Shown piece by piece: positions 30,037 to 40,614 of a stretch of 64,000 nt of DNA. Origin of the DNA: Alkalispirochaeta sp. (GTDB lineage Bacteria > Spirochaetota > Spirochaetia > DSM-27196 > Alkalispirochaetaceae); contig OZ271854.1 in assembly GCA_965601925.1 (NCBI GenBank), positions 224,001 to 288,000 on the forward strand, read 5' to 3'. The translations under genes and the position numbers were made by a program. A model generated the notes under the pieces. The model had not been told where the DNA came from. It saw nothing but the letters and a program-made list of their open reading frames with translations, and searched no databases. Each line of letters starts with the position of its first letter. The stretch's first letter is position 1.

Positions 30037-30846
30037 ATGAGTATCACCAAGTCACCAAAAGAGATCGGTCTGGACAACCGCATACTCGAGCTCGTGCCGG
30101 CGCGTTTGGCGGATATCGCCGACAAGATGCTCCACGACGAGGAGATAAAGGCGTTGCAGGACTACGCCAACATCGTGAGCATCAAGCGCCTCGGCTACAA
30201 CGACCATGGGCCGGTACACATGCGCAAGGTCGTGAAAAACGCCCTGAAGTTCGCCAACCTCTTTCGCGACGCCGGCATCTCCATGAGCCTGGAGACCGAG
30301 GGTATCGGATCGTTCCAAGATAGCGTGTTCGCCCTGTTCAGTGCCGGCCTTCTCCACGATATCGGCATGAGTGTGACGCGACAGGACCACGAGAACTACT
30401 CCGCCGAGCTCGCACGACCGATCATCGACCGGTATCTCGCCGAGCTCTACCCGGATGACCTCACGAAACGGGTCATTCTCCGTTCACTCATACTGGAGGG
30501 GATCGTCGGCCACATGGCGATGATCCGCATCCATTCACTGGAGGCGGGGTTGATCCTCATCGCCGACGGATGCGACATGGAAAAGGGACGCGCGCGAATA
30601 CCCATGCTCATCAATACCGAGGCGCGTGTCGGCGACATTCACAAGTATTCGTCCTCGGCGGTGGAGCGCATTACGATCGGCAAGGGAGAACACAAACCGA
30701 TCAAAATCGAAATCGAGATGTCCCAGTCGGTCGGCTTCTTTCAGATCGAGGAGGTGCTCTTTCCCAAACTCAACATGAGCCCCGCCAAGCCTTACATCGA
30801 GCTCACCGCCGGCGTCATCGACGAAGAGCCTAAACGATATCTCTAA
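30037..30846 (+). CDS. HD-superfamily metal-dependent phosphohydrolase
   Basis: YNDHGPVH, LLHDIG, GHM, IADGCD; SD AGGA. Confidence 0.87.
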   Translation: MSITKSPKEIGLDNRILELVPARLADIADKMLHDEEIKALQDYANIVSIKRLGYNDHGPVHMRKVVKNALKFANLFRDAGISMSLETEGIGSFQDSVFALFSAGLLHDIGMSVTRQDHENYSAELARPIIDRYLAELYPDDLTKRVILRSLILEGIVGHMAMIRIHSLEAGLILIADGCDMEKGRARIPMLINTEARVGDIHKYSSSAVERITIGKGEHKPIKIEIEMSQSVGFFQIEEVLFPKLNMSPAKPYIELTAGVIDEEPKRYL

Positions 30847-30882
30847 CGCGCGCTCGACCGTTCCGCGAGGGCACGTACCCCG

Positions 30883-31851
30883 CTACGCCTCTTCGGTGAG
30901 AAATCGCTCGGCCTCCAACGCCGCCATACAGCCCGATCCCGCGGCGGTGACCGCTTGGCGATAGACTCTGTCCTGCACATCACCGCACGCAAAGACGCCG
31001 GGAATCCCGGTGGTCGTTGACGTGTCTCCGGTAAGGAGATAGCCCGTGTCGTCCATCGGCAACTGGTCGTCGAGAAATGCGGTGTTGGGCGTGTGGCCAA
31101 TGGCGTAGAACAGACCGCTCGCCTCCAACAGACGCTCCTCGCCGCTCTTGTTGTTTCGTACGTTGACGTGGGTAAGGAGCTTGCCGTCGCCGGTAACTTC
31201 AGTCGCGTTGGTATTCCACAAAATCTCGATCTTGTCATTGTCGAGGACGCGCTTCTGCATCGCTTTGGAGGCGCGCAACACGTCGCGCCGCACCAGCATC
31301 GTCACCTTGCTGCCGAACTTGGCGAGGTGGCTCGCTTCCTCGCACGCCGAGTCGCCGCCGCCGATCACGATGAGCGGCTTGTCGCGAAAGATCGGAAGTG
31401 CGCCGTCGCACACCGCGCACGCACTCATCCCGCGCTGCCAGTATTGGTCCTCGCCGGGTAGGCCGAGGCGCCTGGCTGTAGCGCCGGTGGCGACGATGAG
31501 TGTCTTGGCCTTGTACTCGGCAGAGCCGACCTTGACCGTAAATGGTCGACTCGACAGATCCACCGCATCGACGGTCGCGGTCTTAATCCGCGTTCCGAAT
31601 CGCGCGCTCTGCCGCCGCATTTGATCCATGAGCTCGGGCCCCATGATTCCGTCGGAAAAACCGGGGTAGTTCTCAACATCGGTGGTGGTCGTCAATTGTC
31701 CTCCGGCGGCGACACCGCCGGCCATGAACCCCTCGAACATGAGCGGATTGAGATCGGCCCTGGCGGCGTATACCGCGGCGGTATGCCCCGCCGGCCCGGA
31801 ACCGATGATGATTACGTTTTCGATATCGTGATTCTGTTCGTTGTCAGCCAT
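30883..31851 (-). CDS. trxB: Thioredoxin-disulfide reductase
   Basis: [53 protein letters not shown]. Confidence 0.96.
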   Translation of the reverse strand: MADNEQNHDIENVIIIGSGPAGHTAAVYAARADLNPLMFEGFMAGGVAAGGQLTTTTDVENYPGFSDGIMGPELMDQMRRQSARFGTRIKTATVDAVDLSSRPFTVKVGSAEYKAKTLIVATGATARRLGLPGEDQYWQRGMSACAVCDGALPIFRDKPLIVIGGGDSACEEASHLAKFGSKVTMLVRRDVLRASKAMQKRVLDNDKIEILWNTNATEVTGDGKLLTHVNVRNNKSGEERLLEASGLFYAIGHTPNTAFLDDQLPMDDTGYLLTGDTSTTTGIPGVFACGDVQDRVYRQAVTAAGSGCMAALEAERFLTEEA

Positions 31852-31926
31852 GCCGTGCTCCCACTTCTCCAGTAATGAGGCAGTGTATCTCCCTTGGGAA
31901 ACTCTGTCTTTATTTTTTCTCTATAT

Positions 31927-31955
31927 AGTATAAATAATATTTTACGTATCGCCAA
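31927..31955 (-). promoter_or_regulatory. Promoter of trxB
   Basis: TTGGCG-17-TATACT on the minus strand in an AT-rich tract. Confidence 0.5.
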
Positions 31956-32037
31956 GCAGGCGGAGCGAAGACCGTCGGCGCGTCTCAATCCCGAACACGC
32001 TCGCGGCCTGAGCCGACCGGGGGACACACCGCCTCGA

Positions 32038-32066
32038 TTGACAGCTCGATCGATCCCGACTACCAT
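32038..32066 (+). promoter_or_regulatory. Promoter of the DHODH-like gene
   Basis: TTGACA-17-TACCAT; SD AAGGA downstream. Confidence 0.6.
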
Positions 32067-32093
32067 AGTCGAACAATCCCCGGAAGGAAACAC

Positions 32094-33068
32094 ATGGCAG
32101 ATCTGCGCGTACGGTACATGGGTCTTGAGCTGGCCAATCCGCTCGTCGTGTCAAGCTCGAGTCTCACCAACACGGTCGACAAAGTCAAACAGTGCGAGAC
32201 CGCCGGCGCCGGCGCAGTCGTGCTGAAATCGCTTTTTGAAGAAGAGATTCAAGCCGAAATCGACGCCAGCGCGTCGGGTGCCGAGCACACCGAGGCGGCC
32301 GACTACATCAGGGAGATCCAGACCGAGGCCGGGCTCCGACGCTACACCTCGCTCATTCGGGACAGCAAGGCGACGGTGCGAATACCGGTGATCGCCAGCA
32401 TCAACGCGGTGAGCCGCGACTGGTGGGAAGAACACGTTCCGGCGCTCGAGGAGGCGGGAGCCGATGCGATCGAGCTAAATATCTCTCTCATGCCGTACGA
32501 CTACAAGGACGACGACGATGAAGTCACCGAGTTCTACGTACGGACCGTCGAGGCGATAAAAGGGCTGGTCTCGATCCCGATCGCCGTCAAGATAGGCCAC
32601 TACTTTTCATCGATTCCGACGATGGTCGATCGACTGCGTTGGGCGGGCGCGGCGGCGGTGGTGCTCTTCAACCGTTTTTATCAACTCGACATCGATATTG
32701 AGGCGATGCGCCTGCGCTCCGGCTCGCCCATGTCGAGCCCGGCGGATCTTGCGTTTCCGCTCCGCTGGATCACCCTGATCTACGGCAGCACCGAGGCTCA
32801 GTTGGCCGCTTCAAGCGGGGTCCACTCGGGGGGCGACGCGGTAAAGGCGCTTTTGGCCGGAGCGCACGTCGTGCAAGTCTGCTCGGCGTTGTACAAACAC
32901 GGCGTCGAGCACCTCTCGCCCATGCGCGATGAGGTGGCCTCGTGGATGGATCGGCACAGTTTTGCGACGATCGAGCAGTTTCGCGGCAAATTGAGCCGAA
33001 CACGAAGTGAGACGCCCGACAGCTACGAGCGGCTCCAATACATCAAGGCTCTCGTCGGTCAAGAGTAG
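32094..33068 (+). CDS. Dihydroorotate dehydrogenase-like flavoprotein
   Basis: YMGLELANP, GAVVLKSLFEE, PVIASIN, ADAIELN, LFNRFYQ, SSGVH, YERLQY. Confidence 0.85.
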   Translation: MADLRVRYMGLELANPLVVSSSSLTNTVDKVKQCETAGAGAVVLKSLFEEEIQAEIDASASGAEHTEAADYIREIQTEAGLRRYTSLIRDSKATVRIPVIASINAVSRDWWEEHVPALEEAGADAIELNISLMPYDYKDDDDEVTEFYVRTVEAIKGLVSIPIAVKIGHYFSSIPTMVDRLRWAGAAAVVLFNRFYQLDIDIEAMRLRSGSPMSSPADLAFPLRWITLIYGSTEAQLAASSGVHSGGDAVKALLAGAHVVQVCSALYKHGVEHLSPMRDEVASWMDRHSFATIEQFRGKLSRTRSETPDSYERLQYIKALVGQE

Positions 33069-33181
33069 CGGCGCGGCCCGTGACGTCGAACGCACTCACG
33101 TCGGGCCGCGTATTCGCCGGTGGGTGACACAGGGTGCCTTTGGTGATGGAACAAGCGCACGTGATATAGGTACGGTGATTC

Positions 33182-33712
33182 ATGCAAAAAATCCGCGTTC
33201 GTATTGATACGTTGATTCCTCAGCTCGGAAAGATCCAACTCTTTCGATATCTACCGGAGAAATCGGTCCGTAGGCTCCTCGACTGCTCGTCGTTCGCCGA
33301 GTGCAGCGACGGGGAACGCTTCATCACCGAACATTCCGTGGAGTCGAGCGTATATGTGATCTTGTCCGGTTCGTGCGCCGTTATGGTCGACCGTGACGGA
33401 CGAGAGGCGTACGTCGCGACCCTCGGCCCGGGACAGGTCGTCGGGGAGGCGGCGATCTTCGCCAACTTACCGAGGACGGCGAGCGTCGTCTCGCAGGGAG
33501 AGAGTCGTCTGATGTGCTTCGAACGCGACGCGTTCCTGGACGTCTTGCGCGACGAGCCCGAGGCGGGAGTTCGCATCCTCTTTGTCATGGTGCACAATCT
33601 TCTCGGCAAGTTGCGCGAGGTGAACCTCGAACTCGCCTTTGAGCGCAAAGACGATGCAAGCCAGGACGACGTAGACGATCTCATCGCCTCGCTCACTCAA
33701 GGCGCGGGATAG
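33182..33712 (+). CDS. Stand-alone cyclic nucleotide-binding domain protein
   Basis: YVILSG, LGPGQVVGEAA, PRTASV phosphate-binding cassette; no HTH. Confidence 0.85.
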   Translation: MQKIRVRIDTLIPQLGKIQLFRYLPEKSVRRLLDCSSFAECSDGERFITEHSVESSVYVILSGSCAVMVDRDGREAYVATLGPGQVVGEAAIFANLPRTASVVSQGESRLMCFERDAFLDVLRDEPEAGVRILFVMVHNLLGKLREVNLELAFERKDDASQDDVDDLIASLTQGAG

Positions 33713-33817
33713 CACTCTCCCAAAGGACCGCTACCGAGGCGAGGACGCGTTTCAGGCCGCCGTCCGATGTCGCACGACGGGCGGCAAACACGCTCCGAGG
33801 CGCGCCTCAATCGGCAC

Positions 33818-34390
33818 CTACACGAGACCTGCAAAGCCCCCGAACGCGAGCGCGAGAAGCCCCGCGGTGACCAGCGCGATCGGGGCGCCCTTCATCGCTT
33901 TGGGAATGTCCACCAGATCCATCCGTTCCCTGAGACCCGCAAATATGTACAGCGCGAACATGAATCCAATGCTGCTCCCGATTGCGAAGACGACTCCTTC
34001 ACCGAGGGTGTACTGTCGAGTAACGACCAGGATCGCGACGCCGAGAATGGCACAGTTGGTCGTGATAAGGGGTAAAAAGACGCCCAGGGCCTGGTAGAGC
34101 GCCGGACTCACCTTCTTGAGTACGATCTCAACGAGTTGTACAAGGGACGCGATAATGAGGATGAACGCGACGGTCTGCAAAAAGGTCAGCCCCAAGGGTA
34201 CGAGTATCAGGTGCTGTACCAAGTGCGTCGCGATCGTCGCCATCGTCATGACGAAGATGACCGCCATACCCATGCCGACCGCGGTCGACAGTCGGCTACT
34301 CACACCCAAAAAGGGACAGATCCCGAGAAACTGGGAGAGGACAATGTTGTTCACCAGTACGGCGCTTACGATGATAACTACATACTCCAT
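33818..34390 (-). CDS. rnfA: Rnf complex subunit A
   Basis: NNIVLSQFLGICPFLG, LPLITTNCAILG. Confidence 0.95.
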   Translation of the reverse strand: MEYVVIIVSAVLVNNIVLSQFLGICPFLGVSSRLSTAVGMGMAVIFVMTMATIATHLVQHLILVPLGLTFLQTVAFILIIASLVQLVEIVLKKVSPALYQALGVFLPLITTNCAILGVAILVVTRQYTLGEGVVFAIGSSIGFMFALYIFAGLRERMDLVDIPKAMKGAPIALVTAGLLALAFGGFAGLV

Positions 34391-34394
34391 CAGT

Positions 34395-35081
34395 CTACAC
34401 CCCCGTCGTGGTATTGATCGTCCCGGCGACGATTGCCGCCGAGGCGGCCTTGCGTGAGCGTGAGCGCCGTTCCGCCGCCGCCTCGGCGCGGTCGCGTACG
34501 CTATTCACCGCCGCAATCAGGAATCCAAGGGCGATAAATGCACCGGGAGGCATGATGAAGATCAGAATCGGATTGTCGGCGAGCCACGGTATAGCGGCAC
34601 CGAAGATCGCACCGGAGCCGAGAATCTCCCGCGCACTCCCCAACAGGGTAAGGGCGAATGAGAACCCGAGCCCCATACTCAATGCATCCACGACCGAGGT
34701 GAGTACGCCGTTTTTGCTCGCAAACGCCTCGGCGCGGCCCAGGATAATACAGTTGACGACAATCAACGGAATGAAGAGCCCCAACTGCGCGTGAAGTGCC
34801 GGGACATAGGCCGCCATCGTCAGATCGATAATGGTCACGAAGCTGGCAATAATCACGATGAAGGCGGGAATGCGCACCTTCTCCGGTATCAGGTTCTTTA
34901 TGAGGGAGATGACGATGTTACTCCCGAGCAACACCGCGGTCGTGGCGAGCCCCATCCCGAGACCGTTCGCGGCGCTCCCGGTGACTCCCAGAGTCGGACA
35001 CATTCCCAAGAGCAACACGAACACCGGGTTCTCCTTGAAAAAACCTTTGACGAACTCTCCCTTGAGCGTCGTCCCGTTCAC
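34395..35081 (-). CDS. rnfE: Rnf complex subunit E
   Basis: [38 protein letters not shown]. Confidence 0.95.
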   Translation of the reverse strand: MNGTTLKGEFVKGFFKENPVFVLLLGMCPTLGVTGSAANGLGMGLATTAVLLGSNIVISLIKNLIPEKVRIPAFIVIIASFVTIIDLTMAAYVPALHAQLGLFIPLIVVNCIILGRAEAFASKNGVLTSVVDALSMGLGFSFALTLLGSAREILGSGAIFGAAIPWLADNPILIFIMPPGAFIALGFLIAAVNSVRDRAEAAAERRSRSRKAASAAIVAGTINTTTGV

Positions 35082-35740
35082 GATTCACCTCCCACCATCA
35101 CTACCGTATCCCGCGCCTCGTTTTGGACGGGGCGCACCTCGACGTCGCCTTCCGACCCGACGCTGTCGGGGACGGACGGCAGGGCGGCGTCCACAGCCTG
35201 CCACGCCCGATTGACCGCCTCGACAAAGGCGCGTGAGCTGATCGTCGCCGCGGTGATCGCATCGACGTGGCCGCCGTCCTGGGTAACCGCGAGCGGCGCG
35301 ACTCCAGGCTGCATCCCGATGAACTGGTCGCGAAAACTCTCCTCGGTCAACTTGGCGCCGAGCCCCGGCGTCTCCACGTGTTGCAATACGGTGCTACCGG
35401 TGATGCGGCCTTCGGAATCGAATCCGACCATAACGGTGAGATCGCCGCCGTATCCGGCGGAAGAGAAACTTTGCACCGCCGTGCCGACCCGCACTCCGTC
35501 CCGCGTCGCCGGATAGAGTTCTACGCCGGGATGGGCCTCCAAGACGATCACGTCCTCGTTCGGCGCATTGTCGAACGGTACGACCACCTCCGCAATCGCG
35601 GCGATCTGGCGCTGACGCGCCTGCTCGTCGAGAATCGGCTTGGTACGGCCGTAGGTAAATGCCAGCGCCGCCGCCGAGATGAGAGCGATCGAGGTCAGCA
35701 CGAAAAACATATTGGAAAGTGTCGACTCGAGTTTCTTCAT
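35078..35740 (-). CDS. rnfG: Rnf complex subunit G
   Basis: N-terminal TM, GYGG, ETPGLG, FMN-attachment [10 protein letters not shown]. Confidence 0.92.
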   Translation of the reverse strand: MKKLESTLSNMFFVLTSIALISAAALAFTYGRTKPILDEQARQRQIAAIAEVVVPFDNAPNEDVIVLEAHPGVELYPATRDGVRVGTAVQSFSSAGYGGDLTVMVGFDSEGRITGSTVLQHVETPGLGAKLTEESFRDQFIGMQPGVAPLAVTQDGGHVDAITAATISSRAFVEAVNRAWQAVDAALPSVPDSVGSEGDVEVRPVQNEARDTVVMVGGES

Positions 35741-36798
35741 GAGGTGCCTCCCGTCGACTTCTGCACAGGTGCGCCGCCACTCCTCGACGCGGCGCGATAG
35801 CCGAACTTGCGCGGTTTGATGTGGCGATCGATCACCGGCACCAAGGCGTTCATGATCAGGATCGAATAACTCGCACCCTCGGGAAATCCTCCGAAGAGCC
35901 GAATCACGCCCGACAACATACCGGCGGCGGCGGCAAACACCATGCGACCGCCTCTTGCCATGGGAGTAGTGGTCATGTCGGTTACCATGAACCAGGCTGC
36001 GAGCATCGCGCCGCCCGCCAGAATATGGTACAGAGGATCGGCGTAGGTCGCAGGATCGACGAGCCACGCAATACCGGTAACGACGGCGAGGCCGGTGAGG
36101 TACAGCGTGGGAACCGCGAGCTGAACGTATCCCTTCCACACCAGATAGAGGCCGCCGATGATCACGGCCAAAGCGCTCGCCTCGCCGATGCACCCGCCGA
36201 TGTTCCCCAAAAAGAGATCGCGGTAGGTGGGCAGCTCATCGGCGACGCGCGCCAGTCCGCCCGCTCCCGCGTCTTTTATCAATCCCAACGGCGTCGCGGC
36301 GGTCACCGCATCGAGATTCCACGCGGCAAACCCGACAGAACGCGGTACGGGCCAACTGGTCATGTCGACCGGGAAGGAGACGAGCATGAACGCCCGTCCG
36401 ACCAGCGCCGGGTTGAACGGATTATTACCGATCCCGCCGAAGGCCATCTTGGCGATACCGACGGCGACGACGGCACCGATTGCGATCTGCCATAGGGGAA
36501 TGGGGGCCGGGACGTTGTAGGCCAAAAGGAGCCCCGTCACTACCGCGGAGCCGTCGGTGACCGATGTCGTCTCGCGACGGAAGAGGTATCGCACTACGAG
36601 GTGTTCCACACCGACGCTCGTTCCTACGGCAACGAGTGCTACTGCGGCGGCGCGGATCCCGTAGAACCACACGCCGGCGATGGTCGTCGGTACAAGTGCC
36701 AAGACGACCGACCACATGATGCGAGCCACCGAAACGTCGCTACGCTCGTGCGGCGGTAAGGCGACCACGAGGGGTCGACCGTTGAATCGCGTACTCAT
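35737..36798 (-). CDS. rnfD: Rnf complex subunit D
   Basis: DGSAVVTGLLLA, FGGIGNNPFNPAL, DAVTAATPL, GCIGE, MVTD, PEG. Confidence 0.94.
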   Translation of the reverse strand: MSTRFNGRPLVVALPPHERSDVSVARIMWSVVLALVPTTIAGVWFYGIRAAAVALVAVGTSVGVEHLVVRYLFRRETTSVTDGSAVVTGLLLAYNVPAPIPLWQIAIGAVVAVGIAKMAFGGIGNNPFNPALVGRAFMLVSFPVDMTSWPVPRSVGFAAWNLDAVTAATPLGLIKDAGAGGLARVADELPTYRDLFLGNIGGCIGEASALAVIIGGLYLVWKGYVQLAVPTLYLTGLAVVTGIAWLVDPATYADPLYHILAGGAMLAAWFMVTDMTTTPMARGGRMVFAAAAGMLSGVIRLFGGFPEGASYSILIMNALVPVIDRHIKPRKFGYRAASRSGGAPVQKSTGGTS

Positions 36799-36808
36799 CG
36801 TATTTCGT

Positions 36809-38200
36809 TTACCTTCCTGCGCGAGCGGCCGCCCGGCTCCGACGAAGCGAAGCCACCTTCGCCTTGCCCAGTCTGATCCAGTCGAGGATCGCTCGATTAG
36901 ACGGACAGGCGAAGCTGCAGCTTCCGCATTCGATGCAATCCATGATGCCCTCACGCTCGGCATCGTCCCAACGTTCCACCTGGACGAGCTTCTCCAACAG
37001 ATACGGTTCCAACCCCATCGGACACGATGCGACGCAGCGGGAACAGCGAATACAGTTATCCACCGCCCGGCGACGCGCCTCGCGCGCATCGAAGAAGATC
37101 AATCCGCCGGACCCTTTTGTGATCGGTACGTCGAAATCGGTGATCGCCCGACCGGTCATCGGTCCACCCATAATCACCTTCTCGGTCCCCTCGGGCATTC
37201 CTCCGGCGGCCTCGACCAACGCGGCGGTCGGCGTCCCGATGCGAACGCGGAAGTTTCCGCCGCCGCCGGAAGCGACCAATCTCTTTCCGGTTACGGTGAC
37301 GATGCGATCGATAAAGGGGCGGTTTTTCTGCACGGCGTCGTACACGGCGATTGCGGTACTGACGTTACTAACCACGCATCCGACGTCGAGGGGAAGTTTG
37401 CCGCTGGGCACCTCGCGACCGGTAGCCGCCTGGATGAGCTGTTTCTCGCCGCCCTGGGGATACTTGGTCTTCAGAGCCAGTACGTCGATCACCCCCTCCG
37501 GTATCTTCCCGGCGCTCTGTTTTTCGGCTACCAGGCGCATCAAGTGGGAGACGGCGTCGGGCTTGTTGGCCTCGACGCCGATCCACGCACGCTCGACGCC
37601 GACGGCGCGCATGAGGATGCGTGTACCGACGATGAGTTCCGCGGCGTGCTCCAGCATCAGACGATGGTCGGCGGTCAAGTACGGCTCGCACTCCACGCCG
37701 TTGATCAGCAACGTATCGACCGAGCGTCCTTTCGGGATCGAATACTTGACCGCGGTGGGAAAGGTGGCGCCGCCGGCACCGACGATTCCCGCTTCGGCGA
37801 TGCTGCCGACGATCTTCTCCCGATCGATCGTGATCTCCTCGTCCACCTCGGAGGTGGTATCGATGCGTTCGTCCCACTCGTCACCGTCCACAGCAATAAT
37901 GACCGCCTGGCGACGGTACCCCTGCGCGTCGATCACCGTATCGATCTTTTTGACCGTGCCGGACACACTCGAGTGCACCGGAGCCGAGATAAATCCGTTC
38001 GCCGCGGCGAGCAGTGTGCCGACCTTTACCGCGCTCCCCCGTTCGACCACGATATCGGCGGGTTTACCGATGTGCTGCGAAACCGGAATCGCCATCTGTG
38101 TCGGCACCGCGAGATCGACGATCGCCTTGTCGGCGGTAAGCTTGTTGTCCGGCGGATGGACCCCACCCACGGCAAACGTTTTGAGTCCCTTTGCGTGCAT
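36809..38200 (-). CDS. rnfC: Rnf complex subunit C
   Basis: GGVHP, QHIG, GIVGAGGATFPT, NGVECEPY, KYPQGGEK, GGPMTG, two CxxCxxCxxxCP. Confidence 0.95.
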   Translation of the reverse strand: MHAKGLKTFAVGGVHPPDNKLTADKAIVDLAVPTQMAIPVSQHIGKPADIVVERGSAVKVGTLLAAANGFISAPVHSSVSGTVKKIDTVIDAQGYRRQAVIIAVDGDEWDERIDTTSEVDEEITIDREKIVGSIAEAGIVGAGGATFPTAVKYSIPKGRSVDTLLINGVECEPYLTADHRLMLEHAAELIVGTRILMRAVGVERAWIGVEANKPDAVSHLMRLVAEKQSAGKIPEGVIDVLALKTKYPQGGEKQLIQAATGREVPSGKLPLDVGCVVSNVSTAIAVYDAVQKNRPFIDRIVTVTGKRLVASGGGGNFRVRIGTPTAALVEAAGGMPEGTEKVIMGGPMTGRAITDFDVPITKGSGGLIFFDAREARRRAVDNCIRCSRCVASCPMGLEPYLLEKLVQVERWDDAEREGIMDCIECGSCSFACPSNRAILDWIRLGKAKVASLRRSRAAARAGR

Positions 38201-38223
38201 ATCGCGCTCCTCACTTCTCCGAC

Positions 38224-39102
38224 TCACGTCGCCGCCGGCTCCGCGTCTTTTGTCTTCGGTTTGGGCTTGGGCGGCTCGAAGGTCGCGGCGATCGCCTTGG
38301 TCGGGCAGACCGAGACGCACTGGCCGCAGACGATACACTTGTCGGGGTCGATATATGCGCAGTTGCGTTCGACGGCGATCGCTTGGACGATGGTGTCACA
38401 CTTCTTTTTGCACAGGCCGCAGGCGATACACGCCACCTTGCAGTTCTTTTTGGCCGCCACGGCGGGTTCGGTATTGCGACAGTTGACCCACACGCGGCGA
38501 TTACGACGGCCGAGAGGTCGTACCTCAAAGAGTCCTCGCGGACAAGCGTCGACACACACGCCGCAACTCGTACACTTCTCCCGACTCACCTCGGGCAAAC
38601 CGGTCTCCGTGTTCATGATGATTGCGTCGAACGGACAGGCGACTTCACAATCGCCGTGACCGAGGCATCCGAAGGCGCAGCCGCTCTCTCCGGCGAAGGT
38701 CCCATGTGCGATAACGCAGCTCTTCGGCCCGTCGTAGGCGCTTTTGGCCGGAGCGAGCGTACACGTTCCCCCGCATCGCAACACGGCGACGCTCGCCTTG
38801 GCGCTTCCCACCTCGAGACCGAAGTAGTCGCCGACGCGTCCCATCGTGTCGCTGCCGCCGGGTGGACACGTAAGATGCGAGATGTCCCCGCCGTCGGCCG
38901 CCTCGACCAACGCCGCGGCCAGCCCCGAGCATCCGGGAAACCCGCAGGCCCCGCAGTTGATCCCCGGCAGTATCTCGGCGACGTCGTGCACGCGCGGGTC
39001 CTCCTCTACGGCGAACCTACGGGCAATCGCGTAGAGGATCGCGGCAAACGAAGCCGCGATAATCCCCAAGACGAGCACCGAAAAAAGTATTGTCTGGGTC
39101 AC
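38224..39102 (-). CDS. rnfB: Rnf complex subunit B (polyferredoxin)
   Basis: N-terminal TM, LPGINCGACGFPGC, multiple ferredoxin Cys motifs. Confidence 0.94.
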   Translation of the reverse strand: MTQTILFSVLVLGIIAASFAAILYAIARRFAVEEDPRVHDVAEILPGINCGACGFPGCSGLAAALVEAADGGDISHLTCPPGGSDTMGRVGDYFGLEVGSAKASVAVLRCGGTCTLAPAKSAYDGPKSCVIAHGTFAGESGCAFGCLGHGDCEVACPFDAIIMNTETGLPEVSREKCTSCGVCVDACPRGLFEVRPLGRRNRRVWVNCRNTEPAVAAKKNCKVACIACGLCKKKCDTIVQAIAVERNCAYIDPDKCIVCGQCVSVCPTKAIAATFEPPKPKPKTKDAEPAAT

Positions 39103-39572
39103 GAGATACCTTCCTTGCCGAGCATTGGGCGGGATACGACGCCGAGAGTCGGCGTCGCCTCGAATCGTACGATCCGCGCAAATCGACGGCGCAGTACATA
39201 CAATCCGCCGTAGTACGGTACGAGCGCACCGATACCGACCAGCGCCCCGAGCTCTTCACTTCCGAATATGTTCGCGGTGCCGAAGAGGACCGCAACGACC
39301 AGTATGAGCGGTATCACAAATGCGAACGCGACGCCGAGCCATCCGTACCGTTCCGGCATCGAAATATCGACGCGATCTCCGCTCTTTAGATCGTGACGGT
39401 TCGGCGCTTGTATCAACCGGCGACGTCCATCACCGGCGGCGCAGATGCTCTTCACATGACAGGAGGCGCACGAGCCGAGCTGAACGATCTCTATATCGGC
39501 AACCATCCCGTGTACGGCCGCGACGACTCCCGGCTGAGTAACGAGCCGGCACTGCTTTTGTAAGTGATCCAT
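39099..39572 (-). CDS. rseC: RseC/MucC family protein
   Basis: SCASCHVKSIC, GDRVDI, two TM helices; first gene of the rnf operon. Confidence 0.85.
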   Translation of the reverse strand: MDHLQKQCRLVTQPGVVAAVHGMVADIEIVQLGSCASCHVKSICAAGDGRRRLIQAPNRHDLKSGDRVDISMPERYGWLGVAFAFVIPLILVVAVLFGTANIFGSEELGALVGIGALVPYYGGLYVLRRRFARIVRFEATPTLGVVSRPMLGKEGIS

Positions 39573-39603
39573 GAATCTGCCCTGTGTGGGATGTATCGCC
39601 TGC

Positions 39604-39644
39604 AGTATACATGGCGGGCATATTTTTTGCAACATTTTTCACGT
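39604..39644 (-). promoter_or_regulatory. rseC-rnf promoter with an overlapping weak Rex-like box
   Basis: Minus strand TTGCAA-17-TATACT; TTGCAACATTTTTCACGT (39627-39644) matches 9 of 14 positions of TTGTGAA-N4-TTCACAA. Confidence 0.45.
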
Positions 39645-39770
39645 TAACAGCATTAATGACTAGTAATAAAAACCTTATCTTTCTTATTATATTCCGACGT
39701 GCCGTTATCACGCCCCTCTTCGCCCTGGTGCGCAGTGGTCCAATTGGGGTCGATCGTGTAGGCTCACCGC

Positions 39771-40604
39771 ATGGCAGATACAACTCGCGGAATACGACTC
39801 ATTCCGCTTGCGGCGAAAGGAGCGGCCATCGGCGCCGCCAACACGGTCCCGGGTGTCAGCGGCGGCACGATCGCGGTGGTAACGGGGATCTACGACCGTC
39901 TCATCGAGGCGATCGGAGACTTCATATCGCCGCGTTGGAAGAGTCACCTCGCCTTTCTGGCCCCCGTTTTCGTCGGGATCGTGGCGGGAATCGCCGGATT
40001 TGCCTGGATCATTGAGTTGGGTCTCACCCGCGCCCCTGAGCAGACATTCTTCTTTTTCGCCGGGTTAATTGCCGGGAGCTTGCCGTTTATCGTACGTCAA
40101 CTCCACGGCCATAAGATCCGCGTGCACTACATTCCCGTCGGCGTTGCGGCGTGCGCTTTGATGATCGCCCAGGCGACGCTGGGCGAACCGGCCATGAGCG
40201 AGGCGATTACACGCGTCACATCGACGACGATACTGCCCCTTTTGGGTGCCGGGGCGATCGCCACCGCTACCATGATCATACCCGGCGTCTCGGGCTCCTT
40301 CGTGCTGCTGATAATCGGAATGTACGCTACCTTTCTCCAGGCGGTACGCACCGGCAACATTCCCGTGCTTCTCGTACTTGCCGTCGGCGCCGTAGTCGGG
40401 CTCGTTGCGGTGAGCAAGGCGATGAGTTTCCTCATAAAACGATATCACGCGACGACCTACTGGCTGATTTTGGGCCTGGTCGCCGGTTCTGTCGTCGGTA
40501 TCTGGCCCGGCATCTCCTCGATACCGGCGGCGCTTTTGGACGCCGCCGCCGCCGTACTCGGCGTCGTACTGGCGCTCCTGTTGGGCAAACGCCCGTCTCG
40601 GTAG
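39771..40604 (+). CDS. DUF368 family membrane protein (undecaprenyl-phosphate translocase-like)
   Basis: GAANTVPGVSGGTIA..GIYDRLI and second repeat MIIPGVSGS..LL..GMY. Confidence 0.88.
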   Translation: MADTTRGIRLIPLAAKGAAIGAANTVPGVSGGTIAVVTGIYDRLIEAIGDFISPRWKSHLAFLAPVFVGIVAGIAGFAWIIELGLTRAPEQTFFFFAGLIAGSLPFIVRQLHGHKIRVHYIPVGVAACALMIAQATLGEPAMSEAITRVTSTTILPLLGAGAIATATMIIPGVSGSFVLLIIGMYATFLQAVRTGNIPVLLVLAVGAVVGLVAVSKAMSFLIKRYHATTYWLILGLVAGSVVGIWPGISSIPAALLDAAAAVLGVVLALLLGKRPSR

Positions 40605-40614
40605 GGGGCCGCCT

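Noticed and set aside
33756..33785. GC hairpin between the convergent cNMP gene and rnfA as an ncRNA
   Set aside because: Short imperfect stem without other structure; at most a weak terminator
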